Positions 18,330 through 28,214 of a DNA stretch of 64,000 nt are shown here, piece after piece. Each line of letters begins with the position of its first letter. The first letter of the stretch is position 1. Source of the DNA: Clostridia bacterium (GTDB taxonomy: Bacteria; Bacillota; Clostridia; Christensenellales; UBA1242); assembly GCA_900753315.1 (NCBI GenBank), contig CAADYP010000010.1:1267-65266 (forward strand), written 5' to 3'. The position numbers and the translations under genes are program-made. The notes beneath the pieces are model-generated. The model saw only the letters and a list, made by a program, of their open reading frames with translations, was not told where the DNA came from and did no database searches.

Positions 18330-19469
18330 TTAAATGTTTTTCATATTTGGAATGCCATATCCTTCACTGTTCATTTCAAAACCCATAGGCTGACAAGATT
18401 TCAAAAGTAACGCTTTAATTTTGTTTGGAGAAGAATCAGGATATTTTTCCAAGAGCAAACAACATATTCCCGCCACCATTGGCGTTGCGACAGAAGTGCC
18501 ACTCAAAATGGTATATGGATTTTTTACACCACAAGAAACAATGTCAACACTTGGTGCGACAATGTCAGGTTTCACATGTCTAAATGCCGGGCCTCGAGAA
18601 GAGAAATCTGCTATCTCAAAATATTTGCGATTAAAACTTTTGCTGTCATAACGATTGTCATCAATTCCACCAACAGTAATAATTTTTGAACTTATCCCAG
18701 GCGACTTTATAGTTTGATATTCTGGTCCACTATTCCCAGCCGCAGCGACAACAACGACACCTTCGTTCCACAAAGCTTCCGCACCCAGCATGATTGGGTC
18801 ACTTTTCCCTAGCGGTTCGCTGCCAAAACTCATGCACACAACTTTAATGTTTTTCTCTTTGTGGTTCTCGTAAACCCACTGCATGGCATCAAGAATTTTG
18901 TTTGCACTCGCTTCACCCTTGCCATCAAGTGCTTTCAAAGCAAAAACATTTGTCTTTGGTGCAATCCCAGAATATCTAAAATTTGAAAGGCACCCACTTC
19001 CAGAACAAACCCCGCACACAAATGTGCCATGTCCATTGTCGTCATATTCTTGTTGTTTTCCATTTACAAAATCAACAAACTCGCATATACGGTTTTGACC
19101 TATCAAAAAATCACAGTGTGGAGTCACTCCCGTATCAATAAATGCCACTCCTATTCCTTCCCCATAAAGATTCAATGCATCAAGAGACAAGATTCTCTTT
19201 GAAACATACATCAAAGAATTTGCCACTGAAAGTGAAGAAATATAATCCACAACCTTAACATTTGAAAGGTTTAAAATCTCTTTTTGAGATGCTTTGCAAA
19301 AGAGAGAATCTATGAATAAATATTCATATAAAATATGTATCCCTTTTTCTTTAAGCACCTGTTTTGTGCGTTTCAAATCTTTTGAAAAAACAAAACAGGG
19401 GATTTTTCTTTCACTGTTTAAAACGGCGATTTTTTCCAAAAGTCTTTTGTCGATTTTGTTTATGTTCAT
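18330..19469 (-). CDS. Subtilisin-family (S8) serine protease with no signal peptide; AprX-like intracellular type
   Basis: Catalytic triad motifs are intact: FIDTGV (Asp), DDNGHGTFV (His), SGTSVATPMVAG (Ser). By eye the overall order matches B. subtilis AprX (AAAGNSGPE..TI.SPG...ITVG..DD). The start ATG overlaps the upstream ORF's stop (ATGA). Confidence 0.8.
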   Translation of the reverse strand: MNINKIDKRLLEKIAVLNSERKIPCFVFSKDLKRTKQVLKEKGIHILYEYLFIDSLFCKASQKEILNLSNVKVVDYISSLSVANSLMYVSKRILSLDALNLYGEGIGVAFIDTGVTPHCDFLIGQNRICEFVDFVNGKQQEYDDNGHGTFVCGVCSGSGCLSNFRYSGIAPKTNVFALKALDGKGEASANKILDAMQWVYENHKEKNIKVVCMSFGSEPLGKSDPIMLGAEALWNEGVVVVAAAGNSGPEYQTIKSPGISSKIITVGGIDDNRYDSKSFNRKYFEIADFSSRGPAFRHVKPDIVAPSVDIVSCGVKNPYTILSGTSVATPMVAGICCLLLEKYPDSSPNKIKALLLKSCQPMGFEMNSEGYGIPNMKNI

Positions 19470-19750
19470 TTCAAACCATCAATTATCCTTATCATATTTT
19501 CATAAGTTTGTGCAGGCAAATATGGTTTCATCTTCTCAATAGAATTTATTATTGCGTCATAATCAAAAGTTCCGCTTGATTTTTGCATTTGTATCTCTTT
19601 TGCAAGCCTTTGCATAAGCTCATTAGACGAACAATCTTTAAGCTCATCATACGTTTCACTGATAGTCTTTTGTTTTTGTGATACATCTTTTGTGCTATGC
19701 TTTTCTTCATGCATAATACCAGAACTTTTTGAAAATTCGCTTAATTTCAT
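19466..19750 (-). CDS. Hypothetical 94-aa hydrophilic protein, translationally coupled to the S8 protease
   Basis: ATG preceded by AGAGG. Its TGA stop overlaps the protease ATG. No family recognised. Confidence 0.5.
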   Translation of the reverse strand: MKLSEFSKSSGIMHEEKHSTKDVSQKQKTISETYDELKDCSSNELMQRLAKEIQMQKSSGTFDYDAIINSIEKMKPYLPAQTYENMIRIIDGLK

Positions 19751-19832
19751 ATTTCCATACCTCTAAAAACAATATATGTTTGTCGTTTGAAAATTTACAC
19801 TAAATCACAAAGTCAAAGCATATAAATAAAAT

Positions 19833-20234
19833 ATGAACAATATCTTTAATCAGCCGTTAAATCAGCCAAATCCCGAAAATAATCAGCCATTCTATTATCC
19901 CGAAGATTTGAAATTTGATGCCAAAACACAAAGTTTTTCAAAAGCAGACTTTTCCAATAATGACTCAAATATTTCACGCCAACAGCAGGAAAATATCTCA
20001 AACTCTTCAATTCAACATTCTTACAGTCCATTTTCAAACCTTTTTAACAACAAAAACGATATTCTGGCATCTTTGCTCGCAGGAAATTTCCTCGGCTCAA
20101 ATGTCCCCCAAAACGAATTTTTGTCACAAGCATTAAACTTTCTTGGCACACAAAAAACAAAACTAAAAGAAGGTGAAAAACAGGCAAAAACGATAAAAAG
20201 CGATGACATTTCAGAAGTTTTTGAAGATATTTAA
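19833..20234 (+). CDS. Hypothetical N/Q/S-rich low-complexity protein
   Basis: Only ORF of this size in the gap. No obvious SD; a terminator-like hairpin lies downstream (about 20283-20312). Composition MNNIFNQPLNQPNPENNQPFYYPED... Confidence 0.35.
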   Translation: MNNIFNQPLNQPNPENNQPFYYPEDLKFDAKTQSFSKADFSNNDSNISRQQQENISNSSIQHSYSPFSNLFNNKNDILASLLAGNFLGSNVPQNEFLSQALNFLGTQKTKLKEGEKQAKTIKSDDISEVFEDI

Positions 20235-20331
20235 CATCAAACCTACATCTTACACCTAAAAAATAAAACACAACAAAAAAAAGACCGCATTAAAAAGCAG
20301 TCTTTTATTTAGTAGACATATTTATATTCTC

Positions 20332-20976
20332 CTATTCGTCAACAATTTTTCCATGTTCAAAATAAATCTTTCTCTTGCAGATTTTTTCGGCGATTTCTGG
20401 TCTTGTGCACGCCAAAATCAATGTTGTATCTGGACCTTTAAGTTTTTTAATCAAACTTAAAATAGCATCAATATATATATCTGAAATTTCATCAAAAATA
20501 TTGTCAACTAAAAGCAAATCCAAAGGTCTGAAGGTCAGTCTGATAAGTGACAAAATATACTTGTCTTCTTTTCTTATGTTTTTAACTTTTTCGTCTCTAA
20601 TTCTTTCCAATGAAAAATCAATGATGGCATTGTTTATCATTTTTTCGGCATCAGCAGGTTTGAAACCTTTTTTGTTTAAGATATATCTAAAATTTTCATA
20701 AACCGTCTTATTTTCCAAAAACACTGGACAATAAGGGACATAACCAACATTCAAATCTGTCTTAAAATCTACTTTTTTGATTGGAATTTTGTTTAAATAA
20801 ATTTCACCAGAATCAAAATCTTCAAGTTTTGCAATAACACGCAAAAGAGTGGTTTTTCCGCTGTTTTCTTCGCCAACAAAAGCAACACTTTCTCCAACTT
20901 CAACATCAACATTGATATCTTCCAACGCATAGAACTCTTTTGTAAATTTCAAATTCAAGTTTTTTATAGAAAGCAT
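20332..20976 (-). CDS. ABC-type ATPase fold with degenerate catalytic motifs (P-loop retained) and no adjacent permease
   Basis: Walker A is GEENSGKTT. Where LSGGQ is expected the sequence reads RKEDKYILSLIRL. Walker B reads LLLVDNIFDE (catalytic E position is N). The Q-loop and H-loop positions are not conserved. ATG at 20976 follows GGAAGAGG. Confidence 0.65.
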   Translation of the reverse strand: MLSIKNLNLKFTKEFYALEDINVDVEVGESVAFVGEENSGKTTLLRVIAKLEDFDSGEIYLNKIPIKKVDFKTDLNVGYVPYCPVFLENKTVYENFRYILNKKGFKPADAEKMINNAIIDFSLERIRDEKVKNIRKEDKYILSLIRLTFRPLDLLLVDNIFDEISDIYIDAILSLIKKLKGPDTTLILACTRPEIAEKICKRKIYFEHGKIVDE

Positions 20977-21014
20977 AATGTGCACCTCTTCCTAAATATA
21001 TAATACTATATCTC

Positions 21015-21076
21015 AAAAAAAAATAAAAGTAAATTTTGATGTTTGCAAACAAAACAGAGCAAAATTTTACTTTTAT
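21015..21076 (-). terminator. Long-stem terminator after the 176-aa lipoprotein gene
   Basis: A 15-bp inverted repeat (ATAAAAGTAAATTTT 21023-37 / AAAATTTTACTTTTAT 21061-76, one indel) encloses an inner GTTTGCAAAC palindrome. It is followed on the minus strand by T9. Confidence 0.65.
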
Positions 21077-21080
21077 TATG

Positions 21081-21611
21081 TTATTTCTTTTTGTGTTTTT
21101 TGACCGCAACAGTAACTTCAGTAGAAATATCTTCGCTTAAAACCAAAATCTCTTCGCCGGAGTCAGTGTTTTTCTTAACATCACCTGCGACAACCCTAAA
21201 TGTCAAATTCACATCATTGTCAGCACTAAACAAGAACACTTTGTTTCCATAATCTTCATAGTTTTGATAGCCGCTCTCATCACTCACACCATTTGTTTTG
21301 CTGATAAGATATGTCAAGTTATACCAATATTCACTTTTTGGAAGGCATATTGAATATTGCATGCCACGCTCCTCTCCAAAAGTCAAAACTTGTTCCGTTT
21401 TGCTTGATTTTATTTGCAAGTCAACAAATTTGTCTGCTACTCTATCATCTTTGTCCAGCACAACTTTTATTCCATAATCAGTGCTCAAAGCCCCTGTGAT
21501 TTCACTTATATGTGCCGTGCGAAGTTTTGTCTCCGCCTCACAACCCACCATAAAACAAAAACAAACACAAAGAATAATCAAAAATATATTTCTAAATCTT
21601 TTCATATCCAT
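21081..21611 (-). CDS. Lipoprotein of unknown function
   Basis: Signal peptide with lipobox: MDMKRFRNIFLIILCVCFCFMVG-C. Confidence 0.6.
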   Translation of the reverse strand: MDMKRFRNIFLIILCVCFCFMVGCEAETKLRTAHISEITGALSTDYGIKVVLDKDDRVADKFVDLQIKSSKTEQVLTFGEERGMQYSICLPKSEYWYNLTYLISKTNGVSDESGYQNYEDYGNKVFLFSADNDVNLTFRVVAGDVKKNTDSGEEILVLSEDISTEVTVAVKKHKKK

Positions 21612-21670
21612 ATTGTGTTTGTTTTATGTCAATTTATACTATCAAACTTTGCGAAGAAACTTTCAAAATC

Positions 21671-22198
21671 CTAAAAATTCACTTCAATCAAGCCATACTT
21701 TTGGTCATTTCTCTTGTAAAGAACATTAACTTTGCCAGTCTCAGCGTTCAAGAAGATGTAGAAAGCATGTCCCAATCTTTCAATTGCATCTTTTGCCTCT
21801 TCAATCATAACAGGTTCGAGTTCAAAAGATTTTTTCTTATAAATTTCAGGCAATTTCAAATCAGGCATTTCTTCCAAAAATTCAAATCCAACATTCTTTG
21901 GAGCATTTCTTTTGCTTTGAGTAACTTTTTGTCTGTTTCTAACAATTTGTTTCTCAATCTTTGGAAGTGCAAGGTCAATATTTTCATACATATTAAGCCC
22001 AGTTACTTCTGCTCTATAAAGCAATCCTTTGTTTGAAATTGTTACTTCCAATTTTTCATTTTTGCCTTGTTTTGAGCAAACAACACGAGCACTTGCTTCT
22101 TCTCCAAAATATTTGTTCAATCTGTCCAATTTCTCAGTCATAATATCTTTGAAACGGTTTGAAATTTTGTATTTCTTTTCAATAAATGTAACTTTCAT
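21671..22198 (-). CDS. hpf: Ribosome hibernation promoting factor, long form
   Basis: N-terminal S30AE/YfiA domain (KISNRFKDIMTEKLDRLNKYF...LEVTI...AE....MYENIDLALPKIEKQI). The C-terminal dimerisation domain ends ...FYIFLNAETGKVNVLYKRNDQKYGLIE. AAGGAG SD. Confidence 0.9.
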   Translation of the reverse strand: MKVTFIEKKYKISNRFKDIMTEKLDRLNKYFGEEASARVVCSKQGKNEKLEVTISNKGLLYRAEVTGLNMYENIDLALPKIEKQIVRNRQKVTQSKRNAPKNVGFEFLEEMPDLKLPEIYKKKSFELEPVMIEEAKDAIERLGHAFYIFLNAETGKVNVLYKRNDQKYGLIEVNF

Positions 22199-22316
22199 AG
22201 TTAACTCTCCTTTTGTAAAAACATTATAGCAAAATAAATTCTTTTTACCAAATGTTTTAGCAAGATTTTGATTTGGGTTTGGTTTGTTTCTATTTAAAAT
22301 TTGTCTTCACCCCGCT

Positions 22317-24749
22317 TTAATTTGCAGAATTAAAAACAAGTTCATTCCCGTCAAGTTCAACTTCAATAGTTCCGTGGTCAGGAAGTTGTCCAAGCAAAAT
22401 CTTTTCCGCAATGCGGTCTTCTATTTCTTGTTCGATAAATCTCTTTAAAGGTCTTGCACCATAAATTAAATTTGAACCTTTCGCAACAATATAATCTATC
22501 GCCTTTGGATCAACTTTGAGTTTGAGACCTTTTGCTGCCAAACGCTTATTGATATTTGCAATAAGAATGTCAGAAATCTTGATAAGGTCTTGCTTTGAAA
22601 GACTGTCAAAAATGCAAATAACATCAATTCTGTTGATAAGTTCTGGTTTAAATTTCTTCTTCAAAGCATCCATGTAGATGTCTCTTTCGCTGACTTTTTC
22701 GTTGTTTTCTGTGCCAAAGCCAAGTTGTCTTTGTTGCCTAATTTCATTTGCACCAATATTGCTTGTCATGATGATGATTGTGTTTTTGAAACTTACGGTT
22801 CTGCCCTTGCTGTCTGTCAAACGACCATCGTCCAAAATCTGCAACAACGCATTCAACACTTCTGGGTGAGCCTTTTCAATTTCATCAAACAAAACAACAC
22901 TATATGGTTTTCTTCTTACTTGTTCTGTAAGTTGTCCACCCTCATCAAATCCAACATATCCTGGAGGTGCACCAATCAATTTTGACACTGTATGACTTTC
23001 CATATATTCGCTCATGTCGATACGAATAATGTTGTTTTCATTGTCAAACATCGCCTCTGCGATTGCTTTTGAAAGTTCTGTTTTCCCGACTCCAGTAGGT
23101 CCCATAAACAAGAACGAACCAATTGGTCTCTTGCTGTCTTGCAAGCCAACTCTTGCTCTTCTAATTGCCTTTGCAACCGCACTTATTGCTTCGTCTTGTC
23201 CAACAACTCTCTTATGCAAAATTTCTTCAAGGTGAACAAGTTTTTCTTTTTCGCCTTCAGTCAATTTTGTAACAGGAATTCCTGTCCACTTTGAAACAAC
23301 TTCTGCAATTTCATTTTCGCCAATTTGTTTGCTTCCGCTTTTTTTGATAATTGTGTCGTTTTGAGCCTTGAGTTCGGTTTCCAAATTTATGATTTCTGAT
23401 TGAAGTTTTGCCGCTTTTTCATAATTTCTTTGCAAAGAAGCTTCATCACGGCTTGCAGACAAAGTTTTGATTTTCTCTTCCATGTCTCTCACTTTTTGTG
23501 GTTTGATTGTGTAATTAACTTTGGCACGAGAACATGCTTCATCAATCAAATCTATCGCCTTGTCTGGCAAACTTCTGTCAGTAATGTATCTGTCTGACAA
23601 GTTTGCTGCAGCTTCAATAGCTTCGTTTGTAATTATGATTTTGTGGAACGCTTCATAAGTGTCCTTCAATCCTTTCAAAATTTGAATTGTCTGCTCTACT
23701 GATGGTGGATTTACCATAACAGGTTGAAATCTTCTTTCCAAAGCCTTGTCTTTTTCGATATATTTCCTATATTCATCAGTTGTGGTTGCTCCAATAGTTT
23801 GAAGTTCACCACGAGCCAAATATGGCTTCAACATATCTGATGGGCTTGTCTCGCCTTTTTCGCTTCCTGCTTGTGCAAGCGTATGGATTTCATCAATAAA
23901 GACAATGATGTTCCCATTTTGAATAATCGTTTCTATGACATCTTTAAGTTTTTCTTCCATCTGTCCACGATATTTCGTGCCAGCCATAAGTCCGCCAATT
24001 TCAAGAGCGTAAATTGTCTTGTCCTTGATTTCTTCAGGAACATCACCACTTGCAATCGCTTGTGCCAAGCCTTCAACAACTGCTGTTTTCCCAACACCCG
24101 CTTCACCAATCAAAACTGGGTTATTTTTTGTCTTACGGCAAAGAATTTCAATAACCCTTTGGATTTCTTCTTCTCTGCCAATAACTGGGTCAAGTTTGTG
24201 TTGTCTTGCTTTCAAAGTTATATCACTGCCCATTTCAAGCAACTTGTCAGGCAATGAGCTCCCCTCTTGCCCAGAATCACCAGTCTTTTTTGTCTCTTTG
24301 TTTGGGTTTGAAACCTGCAAAGATGACAACAATTTGATTTTCATCTCGTCAACATTTACATTGAAGATGTTTTCAAGCATTTTTGTTGCATAACAACTTT
24401 TGTTTGACAAAATCGCCAAAAGCAAATGTTCTGTTCCGATAAAAGAATGTCCCATGTCCATTGCAATTTGTTGAGCCATTTGGAAAAGCTCTTTTGTTCT
24501 TGGTGTAAGTTCCACGCTTCCGAAAAGTGAAACTCCGCTTGATGACTCTTCAAAAAGTTCAAACAAACTGTTTTCTGTCACACCATAGGATTCCAAAATT
24601 TTTGATGCAGTGCATTCAGAAACACTGGCAAGGCCATACAAAATATGTTCTGTCCCTACCAAATTACTGCCAAAACGCAAGGCAATTTTGCTTGCATTTT
24701 TTATTACTTTTTCAATGCTATCTGAAAATAAACCATTATTTAAAGCCAT
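22317..24749 (-). CDS. clpC: AAA+ chaperone ClpC (Clp protease ATP-binding subunit)
   Basis: Clp_N repeats, two Walker A motifs ([16 protein letters not shown]), and a middle coiled coil. 810 aa with AGGAGG SD. Confidence 0.92.
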   Translation of the reverse strand: MALNNGLFSDSIEKVIKNASKIALRFGSNLVGTEHILYGLASVSECTASKILESYGVTENSLFELFEESSSGVSLFGSVELTPRTKELFQMAQQIAMDMGHSFIGTEHLLLAILSNKSCYATKMLENIFNVNVDEMKIKLLSSLQVSNPNKETKKTGDSGQEGSSLPDKLLEMGSDITLKARQHKLDPVIGREEEIQRVIEILCRKTKNNPVLIGEAGVGKTAVVEGLAQAIASGDVPEEIKDKTIYALEIGGLMAGTKYRGQMEEKLKDVIETIIQNGNIIVFIDEIHTLAQAGSEKGETSPSDMLKPYLARGELQTIGATTTDEYRKYIEKDKALERRFQPVMVNPPSVEQTIQILKGLKDTYEAFHKIIITNEAIEAAANLSDRYITDRSLPDKAIDLIDEACSRAKVNYTIKPQKVRDMEEKIKTLSASRDEASLQRNYEKAAKLQSEIINLETELKAQNDTIIKKSGSKQIGENEIAEVVSKWTGIPVTKLTEGEKEKLVHLEEILHKRVVGQDEAISAVAKAIRRARVGLQDSKRPIGSFLFMGPTGVGKTELSKAIAEAMFDNENNIIRIDMSEYMESHTVSKLIGAPPGYVGFDEGGQLTEQVRRKPYSVVLFDEIEKAHPEVLNALLQILDDGRLTDSKGRTVSFKNTIIIMTSNIGANEIRQQRQLGFGTENNEKVSERDIYMDALKKKFKPELINRIDVICIFDSLSKQDLIKISDILIANINKRLAAKGLKLKVDPKAIDYIVAKGSNLIYGARPLKRFIEQEIEDRIAEKILLGQLPDHGTIEVELDGNELVFNSAN

Positions 24750-24811
24750 AATCTATCCCCTCCTTTTGGTTTTAATTTTAAGAAATTATTTCCTAATCTT
24801 GAAAAATAAAA

Positions 24812-25831
24812 TCACTTTTTCACAAGTTCTTTTATTTTCCTACTTATATACTCACTTCTTGTGTGGTTTTCCTTTATATTTTCGGAAAAATTTTCAATTT
24901 CTTTCAAATTTGCACTTGCCCCTTCGACATAAAGCCGTTGAAAACCCTTGTAGTCCAAAATTTTCAAGAATCCAAGTGCATCACCAAATTTTACAAGCGA
25001 CAAAAGCGAAATCATTTCATTTTCTTCAAGCAAAAAACACTCTTGCAAAGTGCCTAAAGCTCGATAAATTTCATCTATCAACGTATCATAATTTGTTGCC
25101 AATATATCTTCTCTCGCTGACAATTCCATTTCGCAAATGTTGTATACATAGTCGGAAACATTGTCAATAATCTCCTCTTCGCTCAAACCAAGTGAGTTTT
25201 GATTTGAAATTTGATAAAAGCTGCCAAAAGTCTTGCTCCCTTCGCCATAGAGCCCTCGCAAAGTAAAACCTTGTTGCTTTGCTTCGTTTTTCACAAGGTC
25301 AATATCTCCATTCCTCTCAAGTGCCGGCAAAAAAAGCATAACAGATGCACGCATACCAGTGCCTAGATTTGATGGACAGGAAGTTATAAAACCATAATCA
25401 TTTGAATATGCTATATCTACTTCCGACAAAAGCAAGTTGTCAAGAGTTTTTATCTCTCTATATGGTTTGTAAAGATTGAAACCATTTACAATGCACTGCT
25501 CTCTTATATGGTCTTCTTCGTTTATCATAACAATCAAGTGTTCGTCATCGCTCATAGCGACTGCAGAAATATCCTTGTTTTCAATAAGTTCTTTGCTTAT
25601 TATATGTCTTTCAAGAAGAGCATTGCATTCGTTTAATGACAAATCTTTTAGGCAGAAAAAATCGAAATTTCCATATTTGTCAATCACTTTTTTGACAGAA
25701 TCAATGATAAAAACTGCGTCAGAGTCCTCACGCAGTTTCGTGAAAAAATTGAAGCCAGAGATGTTTCTAGCAAGCCTAATACGAGATGAAATTGCAATAT
25801 TTTCAAAATTTTCGTTCATATTCATAATCAT
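24812..25831 (-). CDS. mcsB: Protein-arginine kinase McsB
   Basis: ISSRIRLARN...EEDHIREQC...TSCPSNLGTGMRASVMLFLPAL...RGLYGEGS are the phosphagen-kinase-like motifs of McsB. The start is ambiguous among ATGs at 25831, 25825 and 25819 (no clear SD). The longer track ORF overlaps the small upstream gene. Confidence 0.85.
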   Translation of the reverse strand: MIMNMNENFENIAISSRIRLARNISGFNFFTKLREDSDAVFIIDSVKKVIDKYGNFDFFCLKDLSLNECNALLERHIISKELIENKDISAVAMSDDEHLIVMINEEDHIREQCIVNGFNLYKPYREIKTLDNLLLSEVDIAYSNDYGFITSCPSNLGTGMRASVMLFLPALERNGDIDLVKNEAKQQGFTLRGLYGEGSKTFGSFYQISNQNSLGLSEEEIIDNVSDYVYNICEMELSAREDILATNYDTLIDEIYRALGTLQECFLLEENEMISLLSLVKFGDALGFLKILDYKGFQRLYVEGASANLKEIENFSENIKENHTRSEYISRKIKELVKK

Positions 25832-25901
25832 TATATCAAATAAAGACACTCCCGAGCAAATATAAACACCAGATTTTCCATCTTTTGTTGTTTGAAATTG
25901 T

Positions 25902-26057
25902 CTATAAGTTCTCACTTACGGTCTTATGTTTTCTTCCGCCATACATTTTTTCTATGGCTTTTTTAATTTCTGGAAGTTCATAACACTTTTCACAACCGAC
26001 AAATCCAGTTTCCAATATTTCATCAACAGTGGTGCCACATTTTGGACACTTTTCCAT
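25902..26057 (-). CDS. mcsA: 51-aa zinc-ribbon protein resembling one McsA zinc-finger module ('mini-McsA')
   Basis: Below the track's size cutoff; I translated it by hand: MEKCPKCGTTVDEILETGFVGCEKCYELPEIKKAIEKMYGGRKHKTVSENL. The CPxCG-x12-GCxxCY pattern matches the B. subtilis McsA segment CPKCGMTFQQFRKIGRFGCSECY. Its ATG overlaps the tex TAA (TAATG), and it sits directly upstream of mcsB. Confidence 0.55.
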   Translation of the reverse strand: MEKCPKCGTTVDEILETGFVGCEKCYELPEIKKAIEKMYGGRKHKTVSENL

Positions 26058-28213
26058 TATTCTTCCTCTTTTTCAATGCCTTTCATTGTGAGAGAAATTC
26101 TCTTTTTAGGCAAATCTACAGCCATAACTTTGACATCAACAACATCGCCAACCTTAACAACATCAGATGGATGTTTTACAAATTGATCAGAAAGTTGAGA
26201 TATATGCACAAGTCCGTCTTGGTGAACGCCAATATCAACAAACGCACCAAAGTCAACAACATTTCTTACAACACCCTTAAATACCATGCCTTCTTTAAGG
26301 TCCTCCATATGAATAACATCACTTCTCAAAACAGGTTTTGGCATACTTTCACGAATGTCACGACCTGGTTTCAAAAGTTCGTTTGTGATGTCGTTTAATG
26401 TAGGAACACCAATTCCGCACTCTTCAGCAACTTTCTTTTCACCTTTTTGCTCTATCATCTTTGGCAAAAGGACAAGATTGTTGTTTTTAACATCTTGCTC
26501 TGTGAGATTGAAAAGTTTTAAAAGTTTTCTTGCACCATCATAACTTTCTGGGTGCACAGCTGTGTTGTCGAGCACATTTTCGCCACCAACAACTCTCAAG
26601 AAACCTGCACATTGTTCAAATGCTTTTGGTCCAAGTTTTGGGACAGACAAAAGTTGTTCTCTTGACTTAAATCCTTTTTCTTTTGTTCTGAAAGCAACGA
26701 TATTTTTTGCGATTGACATATTAAGTCCAGAAACATATGACAAAAGGCTTGGAGACGCCGTGTTAATGTCAACTCCAACGCTGTTTACACAGTCTTCAAC
26801 AACACCAGTCAAAACTTCTGTAAGTCTGTTTTGTGGCATATCATGTTGATATTGTCCAACTCCAATTGACTTAACATCAATCTTAATAAGTTCTGCCAAT
26901 GGGTCTTGAAGTCTTCTTGCAATTGATACCGCACTACGCAAATTTACGTCATAATCAGGAAATTCTTCAGCAGCAAGTTTTGAAGCAGAATAAACTGATG
27001 CTCCCGCTTCGCTCACAACTGCATAACTTACTGGAATGTTTACATGTTTAATAAGTTCTGCAACAAAAATTTCAGATTCTTTTGATGCGGTTCCGTTTCC
27101 AATAGCAATGATATTTACATGATGTTTTTCAATCATGCTTTTCAATTTTTCAAGTGACTCTTCAGTCTTTGAACGTGGTGGAGTTGGATAAACCACTGTT
27201 GTATCCAACACAGAGCCATTTTTGTCAATAACTGCAATCTTACACCCATTGTGATATCCTGGGTCAAAACCCAAAATGATATTGTTTTTGAGTGGAGCTT
27301 CCATAAGAAGTGGTTTCAAATTTACTTCAAACATTTTGATGGCTTGCTCGTCAGCCATATCAGTCAAATTGTTTCTGCATTCTCTTTCAAGTGAAGGGAA
27401 CAACAATCTGTCATAAGCATCTTTAATAACTTCATCAATCAATACATTTGTATCTTCATTGTCTTTTTTGTAATGTTTTTCAATTACTGGAATTGTCAAT
27501 TTTTCATCAATAACAATATTAACTTTCAAGCACTTTTCGTTTTCGCCACGATTGATAGCCAAAACTCTATGGCTTGGAAGATTTTTAACTTCTTGTTTGA
27601 AGTCTGCGTAAGTTTCATAAGTCAAATTGTTTTCATTTTCAAGCAATGAGCAAGTGATAAACGCCTTGTTAGCGATGATTTCACGCAATTCTTTTCTCAA
27701 TTCTGCATTGTCAGAAATGCGTTCTGCGACGATGTCTTTTGCCCCTGCAATAGCATCTTCAACAGTCAAAACTTCTTCTGTAATAAACTTCTTTGCTTCT
27801 TCCAAGATGACATACTTTTTTGATTGTGCTTGCAAAATATCAGCCAATGGCTCGAGTCCTTTTGCAATAGCAACAGATGCACGAGTTTTTCTCTTTGGTT
27901 TGTAAGGTCTATAAATATCTTCAACTTCTGTCAAAGTCATAGCACCTTCCAAAGCCTTTGCAAGTTCGTCAGTCCATTTCCCTTGTTCTGTAATAACCTT
28001 TTCGACTTTTGCTTTTTCATCGTCCAAGTTTCTCAAATATTTCAATCTATCTGCAAAATTTCTCAAAACTTGGTCATCACATGAGCCATGCATTTCCTTT
28101 CTATAACGAGCGATGAAAGGGATTGTATTTCCTTCATCAATAAGTTCGATAATATTTTTTGTATAGTCCTGTCTGAGTCCAAATTCACTTGACAGTCTTT
28201 CTTCTATTGTCAT
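26057..28213 (-). CDS. tex: Tex-family RNA-binding transcription accessory protein (YqgF/HhH/S1 domains)
   Basis: IPFIARYRKE...GFDPGYHNGCKIAV...VGVDINTAS..LL..V.GL... and a C-terminal S1 domain (GMVFKGVVRNVVDFGAFVDIGVHQDGLVHISQL). 718 aa. Confidence 0.9.
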   Translation of the reverse strand: MTIEERLSSEFGLRQDYTKNIIELIDEGNTIPFIARYRKEMHGSCDDQVLRNFADRLKYLRNLDDEKAKVEKVITEQGKWTDELAKALEGAMTLTEVEDIYRPYKPKRKTRASVAIAKGLEPLADILQAQSKKYVILEEAKKFITEEVLTVEDAIAGAKDIVAERISDNAELRKELREIIANKAFITCSLLENENNLTYETYADFKQEVKNLPSHRVLAINRGENEKCLKVNIVIDEKLTIPVIEKHYKKDNEDTNVLIDEVIKDAYDRLLFPSLERECRNNLTDMADEQAIKMFEVNLKPLLMEAPLKNNIILGFDPGYHNGCKIAVIDKNGSVLDTTVVYPTPPRSKTEESLEKLKSMIEKHHVNIIAIGNGTASKESEIFVAELIKHVNIPVSYAVVSEAGASVYSASKLAAEEFPDYDVNLRSAVSIARRLQDPLAELIKIDVKSIGVGQYQHDMPQNRLTEVLTGVVEDCVNSVGVDINTASPSLLSYVSGLNMSIAKNIVAFRTKEKGFKSREQLLSVPKLGPKAFEQCAGFLRVVGGENVLDNTAVHPESYDGARKLLKLFNLTEQDVKNNNLVLLPKMIEQKGEKKVAEECGIGVPTLNDITNELLKPGRDIRESMPKPVLRSDVIHMEDLKEGMVFKGVVRNVVDFGAFVDIGVHQDGLVHISQLSDQFVKHPSDVVKVGDVVDVKVMAVDLPKKRISLTMKGIEKEEE

Positions 28214-28214
28214 T

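Noticed and set aside
21023-21076. 15-bp inverted repeat with a 23-nt loop, considered as a regulatory element or small RNA between the lipoprotein and ABC-like genes
   Set aside because: It lies directly after the lipoprotein stop and is followed by T9 on the coding strand. An intrinsic terminator with an extended stem explains it best.
24610-25170. 186-aa plus-strand ORF spanning the clpC/mcsB junction
   Set aside because: It runs antisense to two strongly supported genes, and it has no SD and no recognisable motif.
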